Source of the DNA: a phage
Length of the DNA: 64,000 nt
Strand: one strand, 5' to 3'
Sequence record: PZ452578.1
A program made the position numbers and the translations under genes. Positions 1 to 12,295 of the stretch are shown piece after piece (within the stretch, counting starts at the first letter, position 1; each line of letters opens with the position of its first letter). The notes under the pieces were generated by a model. The model saw nothing but the letters and a program-made list of their open reading frames with translations. It was not told the DNA's origin and did no database searches.

Positions 1-168
1 GATTGAAACCGTGATACCGTTTTCAAATCGCATATAAACGTAGTTAGGAGTCATATACTGTTCAATTTCGCATACTGATCCATTTTGATGTTTCCAAAGG
101 CAAATAGTATCAATAGAACCTGCAATACCATTAGAAACATATTTACGTTCAAAGTTGATGTAGTTCAT
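1..168 (-). CDS. hypothetical protein, partial (first 56 codons; 3' end beyond window edge)
   Basis: ATG at 168 with GGAGAA SD; reading frame open to position 1 on minus strand; early-promoter-like -35/-10 at 205-234. Confidence 0.4.
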   Translation of the reverse strand, partial: MNYINFERKYVSNGIAGSIDTICLWKHQNGSVCEIEQYMTPNYVYMRFENGITVSI

Positions 169-204
169 TTTATTCTCCAAGATGTTTAATTGCGGTACAG
201 GTAT

Positions 205-234
205 ATAATATCATATCCTGTACCAAAGTAAACA
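205..234 (-). promoter_or_regulatory. T4-type early promoter (-35 GTTTAC, -10 TATTAT) embedded in inverted repeat
   Basis: GTTTAC and TATTAT 17 nt apart; GGTACAGG...CCTGTACC flanks the -10. Confidence 0.5.
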
Positions 235-235
235 A

Positions 236-568
236 TTATTTTACTACTTTCCAATGCTGCATGTCAAGTTTACCAACTTTTTTCATCTTCTCAATTAAGC
301 GTTCTGCACGTTGACGAGCTGTAACATAATGCCATTCGCCTAATTCATTTTGTTCAATTTTTCCAACGATTACTGTATTCAATTCATAAATCCAACCAGT
401 AAAGAAATTATGAACTTGAATTGTAAAGGTGAAATCTGTTCCCATACCTTCTGTTGTTTCTACTTCAATAATATCACCTTCAACTGCCATTAAGAACCAC
501 ATAGTTTCATTATATTTACCATTGAAGCATTTAGTTTTAACTGCAGCGTTCAGATTAATCGTTTTCAT
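236..568 (-). CDS. hypothetical protein (110 aa), T4 gene-30.x-region type
   Basis: Track ORF; AAGGAG SD upstream of ATG 568; early promoter 596-625 upstream. Confidence 0.5.
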   Translation of the reverse strand: MKTINLNAAVKTKCFNGKYNETMWFLMAVEGDIIEVETTEGMGTDFTFTIQVHNFFTGWIYELNTVIVGKIEQNELGEWHYVTARQRAERLIEKMKKVGKLDMQHWKVVK

Positions 569-595
569 TTTATTCTCCTTTGTTTGTGTAAGATA

Positions 596-625
596 ATACT
601 ATCACAAAGGAACCATACTGTAAAC
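596..625 (-). promoter_or_regulatory. T4-type early promoter (-35 GTTTACA, -10 TAGTAT)
   Basis: 17-nt spacer; upstream of ORF 236-568. Confidence 0.55.
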
Positions 626-640
626 AACTTTATGCAATCT

Positions 641-673
641 TTGGAAAATAAAAAAGGACTCCCGAAGGAGTCC
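641..673 (-). terminator. rho-independent terminator (GGACUCC-UUCG-GGAGUCC plus U-run)
   Basis: Perfect 7-bp stem, UUCG loop, UUUUUUAUUUU on minus strand. Confidence 0.7.
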
Positions 674-678
674 TCAAC

Positions 679-855
679 TTATGCTTTCTGCTTACCAAAA
701 CGAGAAGCATCATCTCGAAGAACCGCACGTGCTCGACGCATGATCTTCTCAACAGTTTGATTGATACGAGAGTTCGACCCACGCTTGTAGCCAGCGCGTT
801 TAGAATCACCAACTTTCTTTTCAACTGCTTTCTTTGCTTTAACTTGTTTTGCCAT
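679..855 (-). CDS. small Lys/Arg-rich basic protein (58 aa)
   Basis: Track ORF 679..897; internal ATG at 855 chosen as start (weak GAGA SD-like upstream); followed by terminator 641-673. Confidence 0.4.
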   Translation of the reverse strand: MAKQVKAKKAVEKKVGDSKRAGYKRGSNSRINQTVEKIMRRARAVLRDDASRFGKQKA

Positions 856-1143
856 TATAAATTCTCTTTTAAATGAAAATGCAGGACTTATTGACATTGC
901 CTGCGCAAGCCCTCAAGGGGAACATAGGTTTTTGGATATTTAACGACCAGGATAACCATAAACCCGTCATCATACCACCAAGACTTACACAGATAACACT
1001 TTTCTGACGCATGATAGTAACATTCAAGAGGTACACCGTAAAACTGCCGGGGTCTTAAAACTATAATGATTCGCAAATCATTAATCAGACAGTTCGACGG
1101 CTCCTCGATTTAGCTCACACTAAGGCAGTGAATCTCCAATAAA

Positions 1144-1392
1144 TTACTTCAATGTTACCACAAAGTGACGAACTGCTTTTCGCGCAGCAGAAGCCAAAGG
1201 CTTAGCATATTTAAGTTCATCTTTTTCCTGAAGCTCAGCAGCTAGTGCAGTTTGAGCAGGATTCAGATGTTTGAAATAACGCAGGATTTCAAGAGCTTCG
1301 GCTTCAACATCAATAGATGCGCCATAGTTTTCGTGACCATTATTCCATGCGTTTCGTTGCAGTTCAAGAGCGTGTTGTAATTGTTTAATCAT
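1144..1392 (-). CDS. rIII: rIII lysis-inhibition accessory protein (82 aa)
   Basis: Length and sequence match my memory of T4 rIII; position next to gene 31. Confidence 0.8.
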   Translation of the reverse strand: MIKQLQHALELQRNAWNNGHENYGASIDVEAEALEILRYFKHLNPAQTALAAELQEKDELKYAKPLASAARKAVRHFVVTLK

Positions 1393-1531
1393 TTAAAAAT
1401 TCTCGTTAGAGATTAAAACTCGGTAGTCACGTTCTTCTGAATTTCATCTTCTTTCGACAGATCTCTCAGTTGTAGACTACCACATAGAATTGTTCGGTTA
1501 ACTTATTATTCCGACACCCAATTCATATTAT

Positions 1532-1539
1532 TATTTATA
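1532..1539 (-). promoter_or_regulatory. late promoter TATAAATA upstream of rIII
   Basis: Exact TATAAATA on minus strand. Confidence 0.45.
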
Positions 1540-1875
1540 TCACTTATAAAGACACGGAATAGCTTTATAGTGACAAGTAACGAATTTTTGTTTAATTTCT
1601 TTTGGCTGCTTAAGACCCAGAGCTACAAAAGGATGCGGAACATTTCGAATTTGACCAACTGGAAGAGAAGTCAAATCACCAACTTCGCAGAAACCTTCAG
1701 GAACATCAGGACCGACAGAGTGAACTACACACAGTTCAGGAACTTCACCTTGAACACGTTTACCGATAATAAGTCCTGATTCTGTAACTTCTTCATCACC
1801 GGCTTGTGCAGGTTCAGAAACTAAAATAACATATTCACCGACAGCACGAATTGGTAGCTGTTGTACTTCAGACAT
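1540..1875 (-). CDS. 31: gp31 co-chaperonin (GroES-like, 111 aa)
   Basis: 111 aa, same as T4 gp31; sequence recognised from memory; MotA-box middle promoter upstream. Confidence 0.85.
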
Positions 1876-1905
1876 CGTTTTTCCTTTTTGTTAACAGATG
1901 AATTA

Positions 1906-1932
1906 ATAATAACAAATAATTCTTAAAGCATT
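1906..1932 (-). promoter_or_regulatory. candidate middle promoter (MotA box AATGCTTTA, 12-nt spacer, TATTAT) for gene 31
   Basis: Match to MotA-box consensus about 12 nt upstream of a -10 element. Confidence 0.5.
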
Positions 1933-2240
1933 TATTTACCAATAAATTGGAGCAAATGCTCAACTTTCATACCATTAACGGAAATCAATTTGTCAATAGA
2001 AAAACCTCGCCATGCACCAAGCTCAACATCAAATACTGGAATCATGTCAGTAGATTCTTTCCGAGTAGATTCAGTCAATTTGCCAGTTTGCATGGTTGGC
2101 ATAAAGTCCGCGTCGCGAGTACCTTTCATAACACGAATAGTACCGTCAGACTTTTCAAAAACTACGTTTGAAACACCCATGGACAATTTAGTTTTCAAAA
2201 TTTCACGAATTGCTACTTTCTGCTCAGTTGTCAGTTTCAT
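1932..2240 (-). CDS. hypothetical protein (102 aa)
   Basis: Track ORF between gene 31 and cd, same strand, compact spacing. Confidence 0.45.
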   Translation of the reverse strand: MKLTTEQKVAIREILKTKLSMGVSNVVFEKSDGTIRVMKGTRDADFMPTMQTGKLTESTRKESTDMIPVFDVELGAWRGFSIDKLISVNGMKVEHLLQFIGK

Positions 2241-2244
2241 TTAT

Positions 2245-2484
2245 TTACCATTTACCTATTACAGTTTTAATATGAGTTGTTCCACGTTCTTTAAGGGTGG
2301 AAAGTAATTTTTGGCATTTTTCTAAATCAGATTTCCAACTATATGGTTTATCAATACAAACCCAATTTGTCTTATAATACTGTTTCCATTTAGAGAAAAA
2401 ATATTTCTTATACTCTACAGCAAACGAGATGTTCTCATTAGAATAAGAACTAATTGCTGTGAGCTTTACCAAACGAAATTTCAT
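2245..2484 (-). CDS. hypothetical protein (79 aa)
   Basis: Track ORF abutting cd start; start codon may be an alternative start. Confidence 0.4.
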   Translation of the reverse strand: MKFRLVKLTAISSYSNENISFAVEYKKYFFSKWKQYYKTNWVCIDKPYSWKSDLEKCQKLLSTLKERGTTHIKTVIGKW

Positions 2485-3065
2485 TATTCACCGCAGAATT
2501 CGTTGATATTTTCCCAGTTTAACTTATTCAAGTTTTTCTTAGGAACATTAAACACTTCAATACCTGCATTTCGCAGAATATCATCCCAGCCAGGTTTATT
2601 TTTATCATATGTTTCGCAATAAACCAGCTTTTTAATACCCGATTGAGCTATCGCTTTTGCACAATCTGGACAAGGAGAAAGTGTTACATACATAGTAGCA
2701 CCTTCAATAGAAGAACCATTTCGTGCAGCAAACAAAATTGCATTTAGCTCAGCATGAATTTCATTTTTAGACGACCATTCAGAGTGAGCGCTGCGGTGTT
2801 CTTTCGCCAAGACAAAACGATCAGTTGAACTAAATGATACACATTCGGGCTTATGACCTTGGATGATAGTATGTTTAGGTTTATTTAGCAACCAACCTTG
2901 CTCAGCAGCATAATCACAACAGTTCACACCCCCTGCGGGGGAACCATTATACCCAGTAGAAATAATACGTCCATTCTTTTCAATTACTGCTCCTACCTTC
3001 CAGGAGCAACATTTGGATTCTTGTGATACTAAATATGCAATTTGAAGTACTGTACTCGCTTTCAT
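2484..3065 (-). CDS. cd: dCMP deaminase (193 aa)
   Basis: Zinc-dependent deaminase motifs HAE and PCxxC (SPCPDCAKAI); 193 aa as T4 Cd. Confidence 0.9.
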   Translation of the reverse strand: MKASTVLQIAYLVSQESKCCSWKVGAVIEKNGRIISTGYNGSPAGGVNCCDYAAEQGWLLNKPKHTIIQGHKPECVSFSSTDRFVLAKEHRSAHSEWSSKNEIHAELNAILFAARNGSSIEGATMYVTLSPCPDCAKAIAQSGIKKLVYCETYDKNKPGWDDILRNAGIEVFNVPKKNLNKLNWENINEFCGE

Positions 3066-3400
3066 TTCATAATCACCAGATAAGCAGATTTAGCAGTTTC
3101 AACACGATAAATTTCGTGACGAAGTTTAGTTATACTTTTAATAACAGAACTAATTATATTCTGCCCATCTTTAAAGCGGTTTTTCTTATCAATAAAAACT
3201 GCGCCAACCATCTTTTTGTGAAGCTCAACTGGATACTTCGTCACAATAATAGCATCATACACAGAAGGATGAATACTATTCACCAGAGTATCATTCATTA
3301 AAGTTATTCTAATGAACTGTGCTGTTTCAGAATCAAGCGCTCTATGATCGCCAGTATCATTTTCAAGACAATTATCAATTATATCAGTTAAATTCATCAT
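3062..3400 (-). CDS. hypothetical protein (112 aa)
   Basis: Track ORF, start overlaps upstream gene stop (coupled arrangement). Confidence 0.45.
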   Translation of the reverse strand: MMNLTDIIDNCLENDTGDHRALDSETAQFIRITLMNDTLVNSIHPSVYDAIIVTKYPVELHKKMVGAVFIDKKNRFKDGQNIISSVIKSITKLRHEIYRVETAKSAYLVIMK

Positions 3401-3636
3401 AGTACGCCATACACCCTTTGTGCTTCAACTAATCCATCAAAATCCAGTTTAAGATGCGATATTTGATCGCCATCACCTGGATTTACAATTACTAATACTG
3501 AACGAGGAGTTTCGGTAATAACACGAACCGATGTTTCAGGAAATCGTTCAGAAACCTTATTTACTAATTCCTGTGCAAATAGTTTAACTTTTTCTTGGAA
3601 TTCTTTAACAGTAATTGGTTTTTCACTTAGTAGCAT
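3397..3636 (-). CDS. hypothetical protein (79 aa)
   Basis: Track ORF in overlapping gene chain. Confidence 0.45.
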   Translation of the reverse strand: MLLSEKPITVKEFQEKVKLFAQELVNKVSERFPETSVRVITETPRSVLVIVNPGDGDQISHLKLDFDGLVEAQRVYGVL

Positions 3637-4157
3637 GTTGATCCAAGCTCCTTACTTTCAACGTTTTTAACTAATTTGACAGAAACTAATTCAGCATCTT
3701 GAGTAATCATTACCGGGCCTTCTTCATACTCTTCAAGATATTCTAGAGCTTTCTTTTTAGCTTCTTCCTTCGTATCAGTTTGAGCATAGATATAGAACAT
3801 ACAACCAGTAATACCTACTACTTTCCACTTAATTTCTTTATCAGTTTTAATTTCAAATTTACTTACAGAATCATCTTTTTGAACTTCTTCGAAAAAAGAA
3901 TATTCTAACATATAAGCAATTGAAAATAGCGGGCTAACTTTATAGGATTCACCCATTACATCAACAGCTTTATACCAACAATCATCAATTTCGCGTTTAA
4001 TGCTAATAACATTTTTCGCAGGATCTATTTTTACTTTAAATGAATTTTCCCCAATAAACTGGGCAATTCGTTTATTAGCCCCGCAAGTTTCATTAAAAAT
4101 ATCTTTATATCCAGCTTTAAAGCGATAAACCTTATCTTCTTCAAACCATTCGCTCAT
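3627..4157 (-). CDS. hypothetical protein (176 aa)
   Basis: Track ORF, no recognised motif. Confidence 0.5.
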   Translation of the reverse strand: MSEWFEEDKVYRFKAGYKDIFNETCGANKRIAQFIGENSFKVKIDPAKNVISIKREIDDCWYKAVDVMGESYKVSPLFSIAYMLEYSFFEEVQKDDSVSKFEIKTDKEIKWKVVGITGCMFYIYAQTDTKEEAKKKALEYLEEYEEGPVMITQDAELVSVKLVKNVESKELGSTCY

Positions 4158-4219
4158 TTCAATTTCCTCATTTGTTTTGGTAGAGCTATAATATCATAAC
4201 TCTACCGTAAAGTAAACTA

Positions 4220-4525
4220 TTAAATCGCTTTAAATTCTGACGTCTGTGATTTAAAGCGAATGTCGCCTTTGATAACTAGCTCAGCATCAAGACCAAATAC
4301 AACAATGATATGCGCGGAACCTGGATACAGCGTAATGGCAACAGAATCCACCTGGTCTGGAAGCAAAGTGTTCAATACATGAGTCACTTGAGCATGGATT
4401 CGAAGCTCAGCTGCGTTATCAAGTTTTTCAAACATATTATTAGCGATAATTTGGCTAAACACTACTTCTACGATTTTAGAATAAGTCGGAAACATATTTA
4501 CCTCACATAATTTTCTTCGAGCCAA
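4220..4525 (-). CDS. hypothetical protein (101 aa)
   Basis: Track ORF upstream of pseT. Confidence 0.45.
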   Translation of the reverse strand: MARRKLCEVNMFPTYSKIVEVVFSQIIANNMFEKLDNAAELRIHAQVTHVLNTLLPDQVDSVAITLYPGSAHIIVVFGLDAELVIKGDIRFKSQTSEFKAI

Positions 4526-4558
4526 TTAATAATACCCAAGTTTCATGGTGCAAAGCCA

Positions 4559-5759
<1,201 letters not shown>

Positions 5760-5763
<4 letters not shown>

Positions 5764-5990
5764 TTATTTTTCTCAACCAATGATTGAATATAATCATGCA
5801 GGTCTTTAGATGCTTTACCCCACTTATTTTGATATTCATTTTTGAGATTAGCACGTGATTGAGCTAATAAAACATCATTAGTTGGAGGTAAAGATTCTAA
5901 TCGTTGAATCTGGCGACCATAAATCATCGCTGCCATCTCGGATTCATAAATCAATCCTTTGAGATGTTCAAATTGATGCCATGAAATCAT
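5760..5990 (-). CDS. hypothetical protein (76 aa)
   Basis: Track ORF in coupled chain. Confidence 0.4.
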
Positions 5991-6286
5991 TTACATTTAT
6001 CCTCTTTTAGCTCTTGACGATAATAACATATCATAGTTTTTTGGTCATGTACATATCGTTTTACATCATTAAGCCAAATACGAAATTCCTGAGAATCTTC
6101 AAATGGCATACCAACCCAAGCTTTACCATCAATAACTTTAACTTGCCAAGATAATTTAGCTTCGTCATATGACTTTATTTGTACAGGCCAATTAGGATGA
6201 ACTGTTTCTTTCTTTACTTCTAGAGGCTTTGTCGAACAACCAACTAGAAGACCAATAGATAATATTACTGCTGATAATTTAATCAT
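5987..6286 (-). CDS. putative outer-membrane lipoprotein, o-spanin (Rz1-like) candidate (99 aa)
   Basis: Signal peptide plus lipobox LLVGC-S; position corresponds to T4 pseT.2 as I recall it. Confidence 0.5.
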   Translation of the reverse strand: MIKLSAVILSIGLLVGCSTKPLEVKKETVHPNWPVQIKSYDEAKLSWQVKVIDGKAWVGMPFEDSQEFRIWLNDVKRYVHDQKTMICYYRQELKEDKCK

Positions 6287-6636
6287 TTAGAAAGGTCCTG
6301 GATGTCTTCTGCGAACTTGTTGAAGGAGTTGTTGATTTGTTTTTCAACCAATCCTGGCTTATGAGCCACCACATCCGCCTTCTTTGCATCTTTGCGCAGT
6401 TTTTCATTTTCACGCTCAATAGCAGCAATTGCCTCACGATTTTTATTATTCATCGCATCAATATAATTATACTGAATTCGCAAATTATCTAATGCTAAAG
6501 CGTTTTCATTGGCCGTTTTTGTAATTTCTACAACAGACGTTTCTAATCTTTCAATTTTATTTTTTAAAATTAAAGAAGTTCCGCCTAATGCAATTACAAT
6601 TAATAGCAAACCTGCTGTCGTATTACTTAATTGCAT
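6283..6636 (-). CDS. putative i-spanin (Rz-like) candidate: N-terminal TM segment plus coiled coil (117 aa)
   Basis: Hydrophobic N-terminus LLLIVIALGG followed by charged helical sequence; position corresponds to T4 pseT.3. Confidence 0.5.
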   Translation of the reverse strand: MQLSNTTAGLLLIVIALGGTSLILKNKIERLETSVVEITKTANENALALDNLRIQYNYIDAMNNKNREAIAAIERENEKLRKDAKKADVVAHKPGLVEKQINNSFNKFAEDIQDLSK

Positions 6637-7133
6637 AAAGTTTTAATAACCTCTATAATATCGTCTTGAGAAAGACCGTTAATTAAAATATGATGTTCAG
6701 CTGGAGATTTAGAAATTTTAAAGCATGCCTCAACATCTTCTGCCATATCCGATGCACTACGATTTGGATTACTAATACCAAGGCGGTGTTTTCCCGTCAA
6801 AGGATTAACGATGATATAGCATTTGCAGCTATTGATATGAACATTGGGTTGAGTCTGATTAATGAACACTTCACAATCATACTTAGCGAGTTGATTTTCT
6901 AAAAAGACTTTCATCTCTTCAACCGCATCAGGAAGCATATCACGGGCTTGCTCAAGACGACGATTTCGATATTCTTTAATGGTCGTTTTCCGCTTGACTT
7001 GCTTAGCTAAATCTTTCTTAAGATCGGTGATATATCCAACTCGACGATTTCCTTTGAATACAGAAATCCCATCTGTAGTATCACCGTATGCTTCAACGAC
7101 CATTTCAGTAGTAATAAGCTGCAAATCCATCAT
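6627..7133 (-). CDS. alc: Alc-like protein (168 aa), assigned by position between pseT and 63
   Basis: Length near T4 Alc (167 aa) and map position; sequence not confidently recognised; early promoter 7162-7191 upstream. Confidence 0.45.
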   Translation of the reverse strand: MMDLQLITTEMVVEAYGDTTDGISVFKGNRRVGYITDLKKDLAKQVKRKTTIKEYRNRRLEQARDMLPDAVEEMKVFLENQLAKYDCEVFINQTQPNVHINSCKCYIIVNPLTGKHRLGISNPNRSASDMAEDVEACFKISKSPAEHHILINGLSQDDIIEVIKTLCN

Positions 7134-7161
7134 AAAGTCCTCATGTTATGTCAGTAAGACT

Positions 7162-7191
7162 ACTATAACACAACACGAGGGACTTGTAAAC
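7162..7191 (-). promoter_or_regulatory. T4-type early promoter (-35 GTTTACA, -10 TATAGT)
   Basis: 17-nt spacer, upstream of alc-like ORF. Confidence 0.55.
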
Positions 7192-7194
7192 AAC

Positions 7195-8782
<1,588 letters not shown>

Positions 8783-8810
8783 AATAAAATGGGCCTTGCG
8801 GCCCACTCCT
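8783..8810 (-). promoter_or_regulatory. stem-loop (GGGCC-GCAA-GGCCC) between SD-like GGAG and denA start codon
   Basis: GGAG about 23 nt before ATG with hairpin between; U-rich tail. Confidence 0.4.
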
Positions 8811-9979
8811 TAAAAATATTTTTTAAAACTCATCATAACTTTATCATCAACATCATTATCAATCTGTGCAACAAGGTAAGATGACAGTTCTACTTCTTGC
8901 GGCGCGGATTGAACATTATCAGAATTAAGGTATTCACGAATCCAAGGATATGGATGTTTAACCGGAGCATCGGTAATTGGGCATGGAAGACCACACTGTT
9001 TCATACGAGATACAGTTAAGTAATCAATAAAGCTCCACATGCTATTTGTATTTAATCCAGGAACATCACCATCTTTAAATAAATGAACTGCCCAATCTTT
9101 TTCTTGGCGGTTAACTTCCATGAAAATATCAACTGCTTCTTGTTCACACTCTTGAGCAATTTTAACCCATTCATTGCCATCAATGCCAAGCTGAAGTTGA
9201 CGAATAATATATTGAGTGCCTTTAAGGTGAAGCTGTTCATCACGAGCAATGAACTTCATAATCTTGGCATTACCTTCCATGATTTCCATATTCTTGTGGA
9301 AGTTAAAGGTACATGCAAAAGATACATAAAAACGAATAGCTTCCAATGCGTTGATTACATGGAGGCAAAGATAAAGAGATTTCATCAGCTCTCGTTTGGC
9401 GTATTCAACGACTTTACCAAGTTCATCTTTGCGCCAACCTTCAGACAAAATTCCTTCGTATTCTTCTTTAGCGTTTTCCCATTCACGGGTTTTAACCAAG
9501 ACATCATCGTAATATCGCCCAATGGACTCAGCACGTTTCATAATAGCTTCATCTAATACAATCTCATCAAACACCTTCGATGGATCAGTATAAAGATTTC
9601 GCATGATATGAGTATATGAACGACTGTGAATAGTTTCACTAAAAGTCCATGTAGCAACCCATGTATCAAGGCTTGGGTCTGAAATTAATGACATAAGTAC
9701 AGCAGATGGTGCACGACCCTGAATGCTATCCAAAAGTGATTGATACTTCAGGTTGTTAGTAAAAATATTTTGCTGATACTGAGGAAGCTTATTAAATTGT
9801 GCAGCATCCATCATCAAGTTTACTTCTTCAGGACGCCAGAAAAATGACAATTGCTTTTCGGTTAAATCTTCAAAAACTTTATGACGTTGAATATCATAAC
9901 GTGCAATACCAAGACCTGAACCGAAGAACATAGGTTCTTTTAAAACATCAACTGGATTTGTATTAAAAACTGTGCTCAT
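8810..9979 (-). CDS. nrdB: ribonucleotide reductase small subunit (389 aa), uninterrupted
   Basis: Continuous 389-aa ORF of T4 NrdB length; position next to nrdA. Confidence 0.9.
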   Translation of the reverse strand: MSTVFNTNPVDVLKEPMFFGSGLGIARYDIQRHKVFEDLTEKQLSFFWRPEEVNLMMDAAQFNKLPQYQQNIFTNNLKYQSLLDSIQGRAPSAVLMSLISDPSLDTWVATWTFSETIHSRSYTHIMRNLYTDPSKVFDEIVLDEAIMKRAESIGRYYDDVLVKTREWENAKEEYEGILSEGWRKDELGKVVEYAKRELMKSLYLCLHVINALEAIRFYVSFACTFNFHKNMEIMEGNAKIMKFIARDEQLHLKGTQYIIRQLQLGIDGNEWVKIAQECEQEAVDIFMEVNRQEKDWAVHLFKDGDVPGLNTNSMWSFIDYLTVSRMKQCGLPCPITDAPVKHPYPWIREYLNSDNVQSAPQEVELSSYLVAQIDNDVDDKVMMSFKKYF

Positions 9980-10030
9980 AAATTTTCCACTTAGTTAATA
10001 GATAGTGACTCGTCCGTGAGTCAAATTATA

Positions 10031-12295
10031 TCATAATTTACAGGATGAACAATCTTCAGCTTTTGGAGTTTCTATTTCATAATCATCAGTACCAGAACCA
10101 TCACGGGTATTATGATAATAGAAATTTTTTCCGCCAAAATACCAAAAATACAAAAGGTCATCAATCATTATTGACATTGGAACCTTTCCTTTTGGAAAAA
10201 TCTGTGGGTCATAATATGTATTCGCTGAAGCTGATTGACATACCCATTTCAGCATAATAGCTACCTGCGTAAGATAAGGTTTATTACCTTTCTTAGCTAA
10301 TTTCCATGTATAATCATAGAGGTCTATGTTATGCTCAATATTGGGCACGACTTGATTAAAGGAGCCCTCTTTTGATTCTTTAACAGAGACTGGTCCACGT
10401 GGAGGCTCGATACCGTTTGTACTGTTAGAAACTTGGGAAGATGACTCACATGGCATAAGTGCTGATAATGTGCTATTACGGATGCCAAAGAGCTTAAGGT
10501 CTTCCCGCAGCGACGACCAGTCACAAACGTATTTTGGAGCTGCGATTTGGTCAATCTTTTTATTGTACCAGTCGATAGGTAATTCGCCTCGAGACCAACG
10601 AGTGTCTGAATAATATTCACAAGGTCCTTTTTCTTTGGCGAGCTTAATGGATGCTTTAATGAGTCCATACTGTAATCTCTCAAATAGTTCATGTGTTAAA
10701 TCGTTAGCATCTTCATAAGAAGCAAAGTTACTTGCCAGCCAAGCTGCATAGTTAGTAACACCTACACCGAGGTTACGACGCTTTTTAGCTTTTTCTGCTT
10801 CAGGAACTGGATATCCTTGGTAATCCAAAAGATTATCAAGAGCACGAACTTGGACTTCTGCCAATTCATTAATTTTATCTTGGTCTTGCCAGTCAAAATT
10901 ATCCAGTACGAATGCAGAGAGAGTACACAATCCAATTTCAGCATCAGGACTATTCACATCATTTGTTGGAATAGCAATTTCACAGCACAAGTTACTCTGA
11001 CGAATAGGTGCCTTTTCACGAATAAACGGAGTATAGTTATTCGTATTATCAATGAACTGTACATAAATCCTTGCTGTTCCTGAACGTTCAGTCATGAGCA
11101 ATTCAAATAGTTCACGGGCTTTAATACGCTTTTTACGAATATTAGGGTCTTTTTCTGCTGCTTCATATAATTCACGGAAACGGTCTTGGTCTTTAAAATA
11201 AGAATAATAAAGCTCGCCACCCATTTCATGCGGACTGAACAAAGTAATGTAATCGTTCTTTCCGAATCGTTCCATCATCAAATCATTCAGTTGAACACCA
11301 TAATCCATATGACGAATGCGGTTTTCTTCTACGCCTTTGTTATTTTTCAAAACGAGAAGATTTTCAACTTCCAAATGCCAAATAGGATAATAAGCAGTAG
11401 CAGCGCCGCCACGAATTCCACCCTGTGAGCATGATTTAACAGCAGTCTGAAAATGTTTCCAAAAAGGAATAACACCAGTATGGCGTACTTCACCCATGCC
11501 AATCTTAGAACCTTCGGCACGAATCATACCAACGTTAATACCAATTCCAGCGCGTTTAGAGATATATTCTACAATCGAAGCGGAAGCCTTATTGATAGAC
11601 TTCAATGAATCACCTGCCTCAATAACAACGCATGAACTAAACTGCCGAGTCGGAGTACGGCAACCAGCCATAATAGGAGTTGGCAATGAAATCTGTCGAG
11701 TAGATACTGCTTCATAAAAACGGATAACGTGTTTTAGTCTATCAACAGGTTCATCTTGATGCAATGCCATTCCAATAGTCATAAATGCAAACTGCGGAGT
11801 TTCATAAATTTGACCAGTGGTTTTATCTTTAACTAGATATTTTTCTTTTAATTGCATCGCTCCGGAATAAGTAAATTCCATATCCCGCTCGTGCTTAATT
11901 TTTGATTCTAAAAATGTAATTTCTTCCGCAGAATATTTTGACAATAATTCAGGGTCATATTTACCTTCATTTACACAGTAAGAAATATGGTCAATAAATG
12001 AACGTGGTTCATACTGCCCATAAACATGCTTACGAAGAGCAAACATTAAACAGCGCGCAGCTACGTATTGATAATCAGGCTCTTCAACTGAAATAGAATT
12101 CGCAGCAGCCTTAATTACAATGGTTTGAATATCATCAGTTGTCATTCCATCACGGAGATAAGATTTAATATTTTCATATAATTCATAAGGATCTACTGAT
12201 GTTCCTTCAGCTGCCCAAGACAAAACTTTAATAATTTTTTGCGGGTCAAAGCTCTGAGAAACACCACTACTTTTGATAACATTAATTAATTGCAT
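10031..12295 (-). CDS. nrdA: ribonucleotide reductase large subunit (754 aa)
   Basis: 754 aa as T4 NrdA; class I RNR large subunit. Confidence 0.9.
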   Translation of the reverse strand: MQLINVIKSSGVSQSFDPQKIIKVLSWAAEGTSVDPYELYENIKSYLRDGMTTDDIQTIVIKAAANSISVEEPDYQYVAARCLMFALRKHVYGQYEPRSFIDHISYCVNEGKYDPELLSKYSAEEITFLESKIKHERDMEFTYSGAMQLKEKYLVKDKTTGQIYETPQFAFMTIGMALHQDEPVDRLKHVIRFYEAVSTRQISLPTPIMAGCRTPTRQFSSCVVIEAGDSLKSINKASASIVEYISKRAGIGINVGMIRAEGSKIGMGEVRHTGVIPFWKHFQTAVKSCSQGGIRGGAATAYYPIWHLEVENLLVLKNNKGVEENRIRHMDYGVQLNDLMMERFGKNDYITLFSPHEMGGELYYSYFKDQDRFRELYEAAEKDPNIRKKRIKARELFELLMTERSGTARIYVQFIDNTNNYTPFIREKAPIRQSNLCCEIAIPTNDVNSPDAEIGLCTLSAFVLDNFDWQDQDKINELAEVQVRALDNLLDYQGYPVPEAEKAKKRRNLGVGVTNYAAWLASNFASYEDANDLTHELFERLQYGLIKASIKLAKEKGPCEYYSDTRWSRGELPIDWYNKKIDQIAAPKYVCDWSSLREDLKLFGIRNSTLSALMPCESSSQVSNSTNGIEPPRGPVSVKESKEGSFNQVVPNIEHNIDLYDYTWKLAKKGNKPYLTQVAIMLKWVCQSASANTYYDPQIFPKGKVPMSIMIDDLLYFWYFGGKNFYYHNTRDGSGTDDYEIETPKAEDCSSCKL

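Noticed and set aside
888-1076. 62-aa track ORF in the rIII-downstream non-coding region
   Set aside because: No SD and odd composition; kept only as part of the unexplained non-coding stretch.
1570-1779. Plus-strand track ORFs antisense to minus-strand genes (for example 1570-1779, 1947-2171, 1990-2307, 9083-9556, 16905-17384, 38253-38615, 45211-45666, 56096-56383)
   Set aside because: They lie inside well-supported minus-strand genes, lack SD sequences and have low-complexity composition; treated as frame artefacts.
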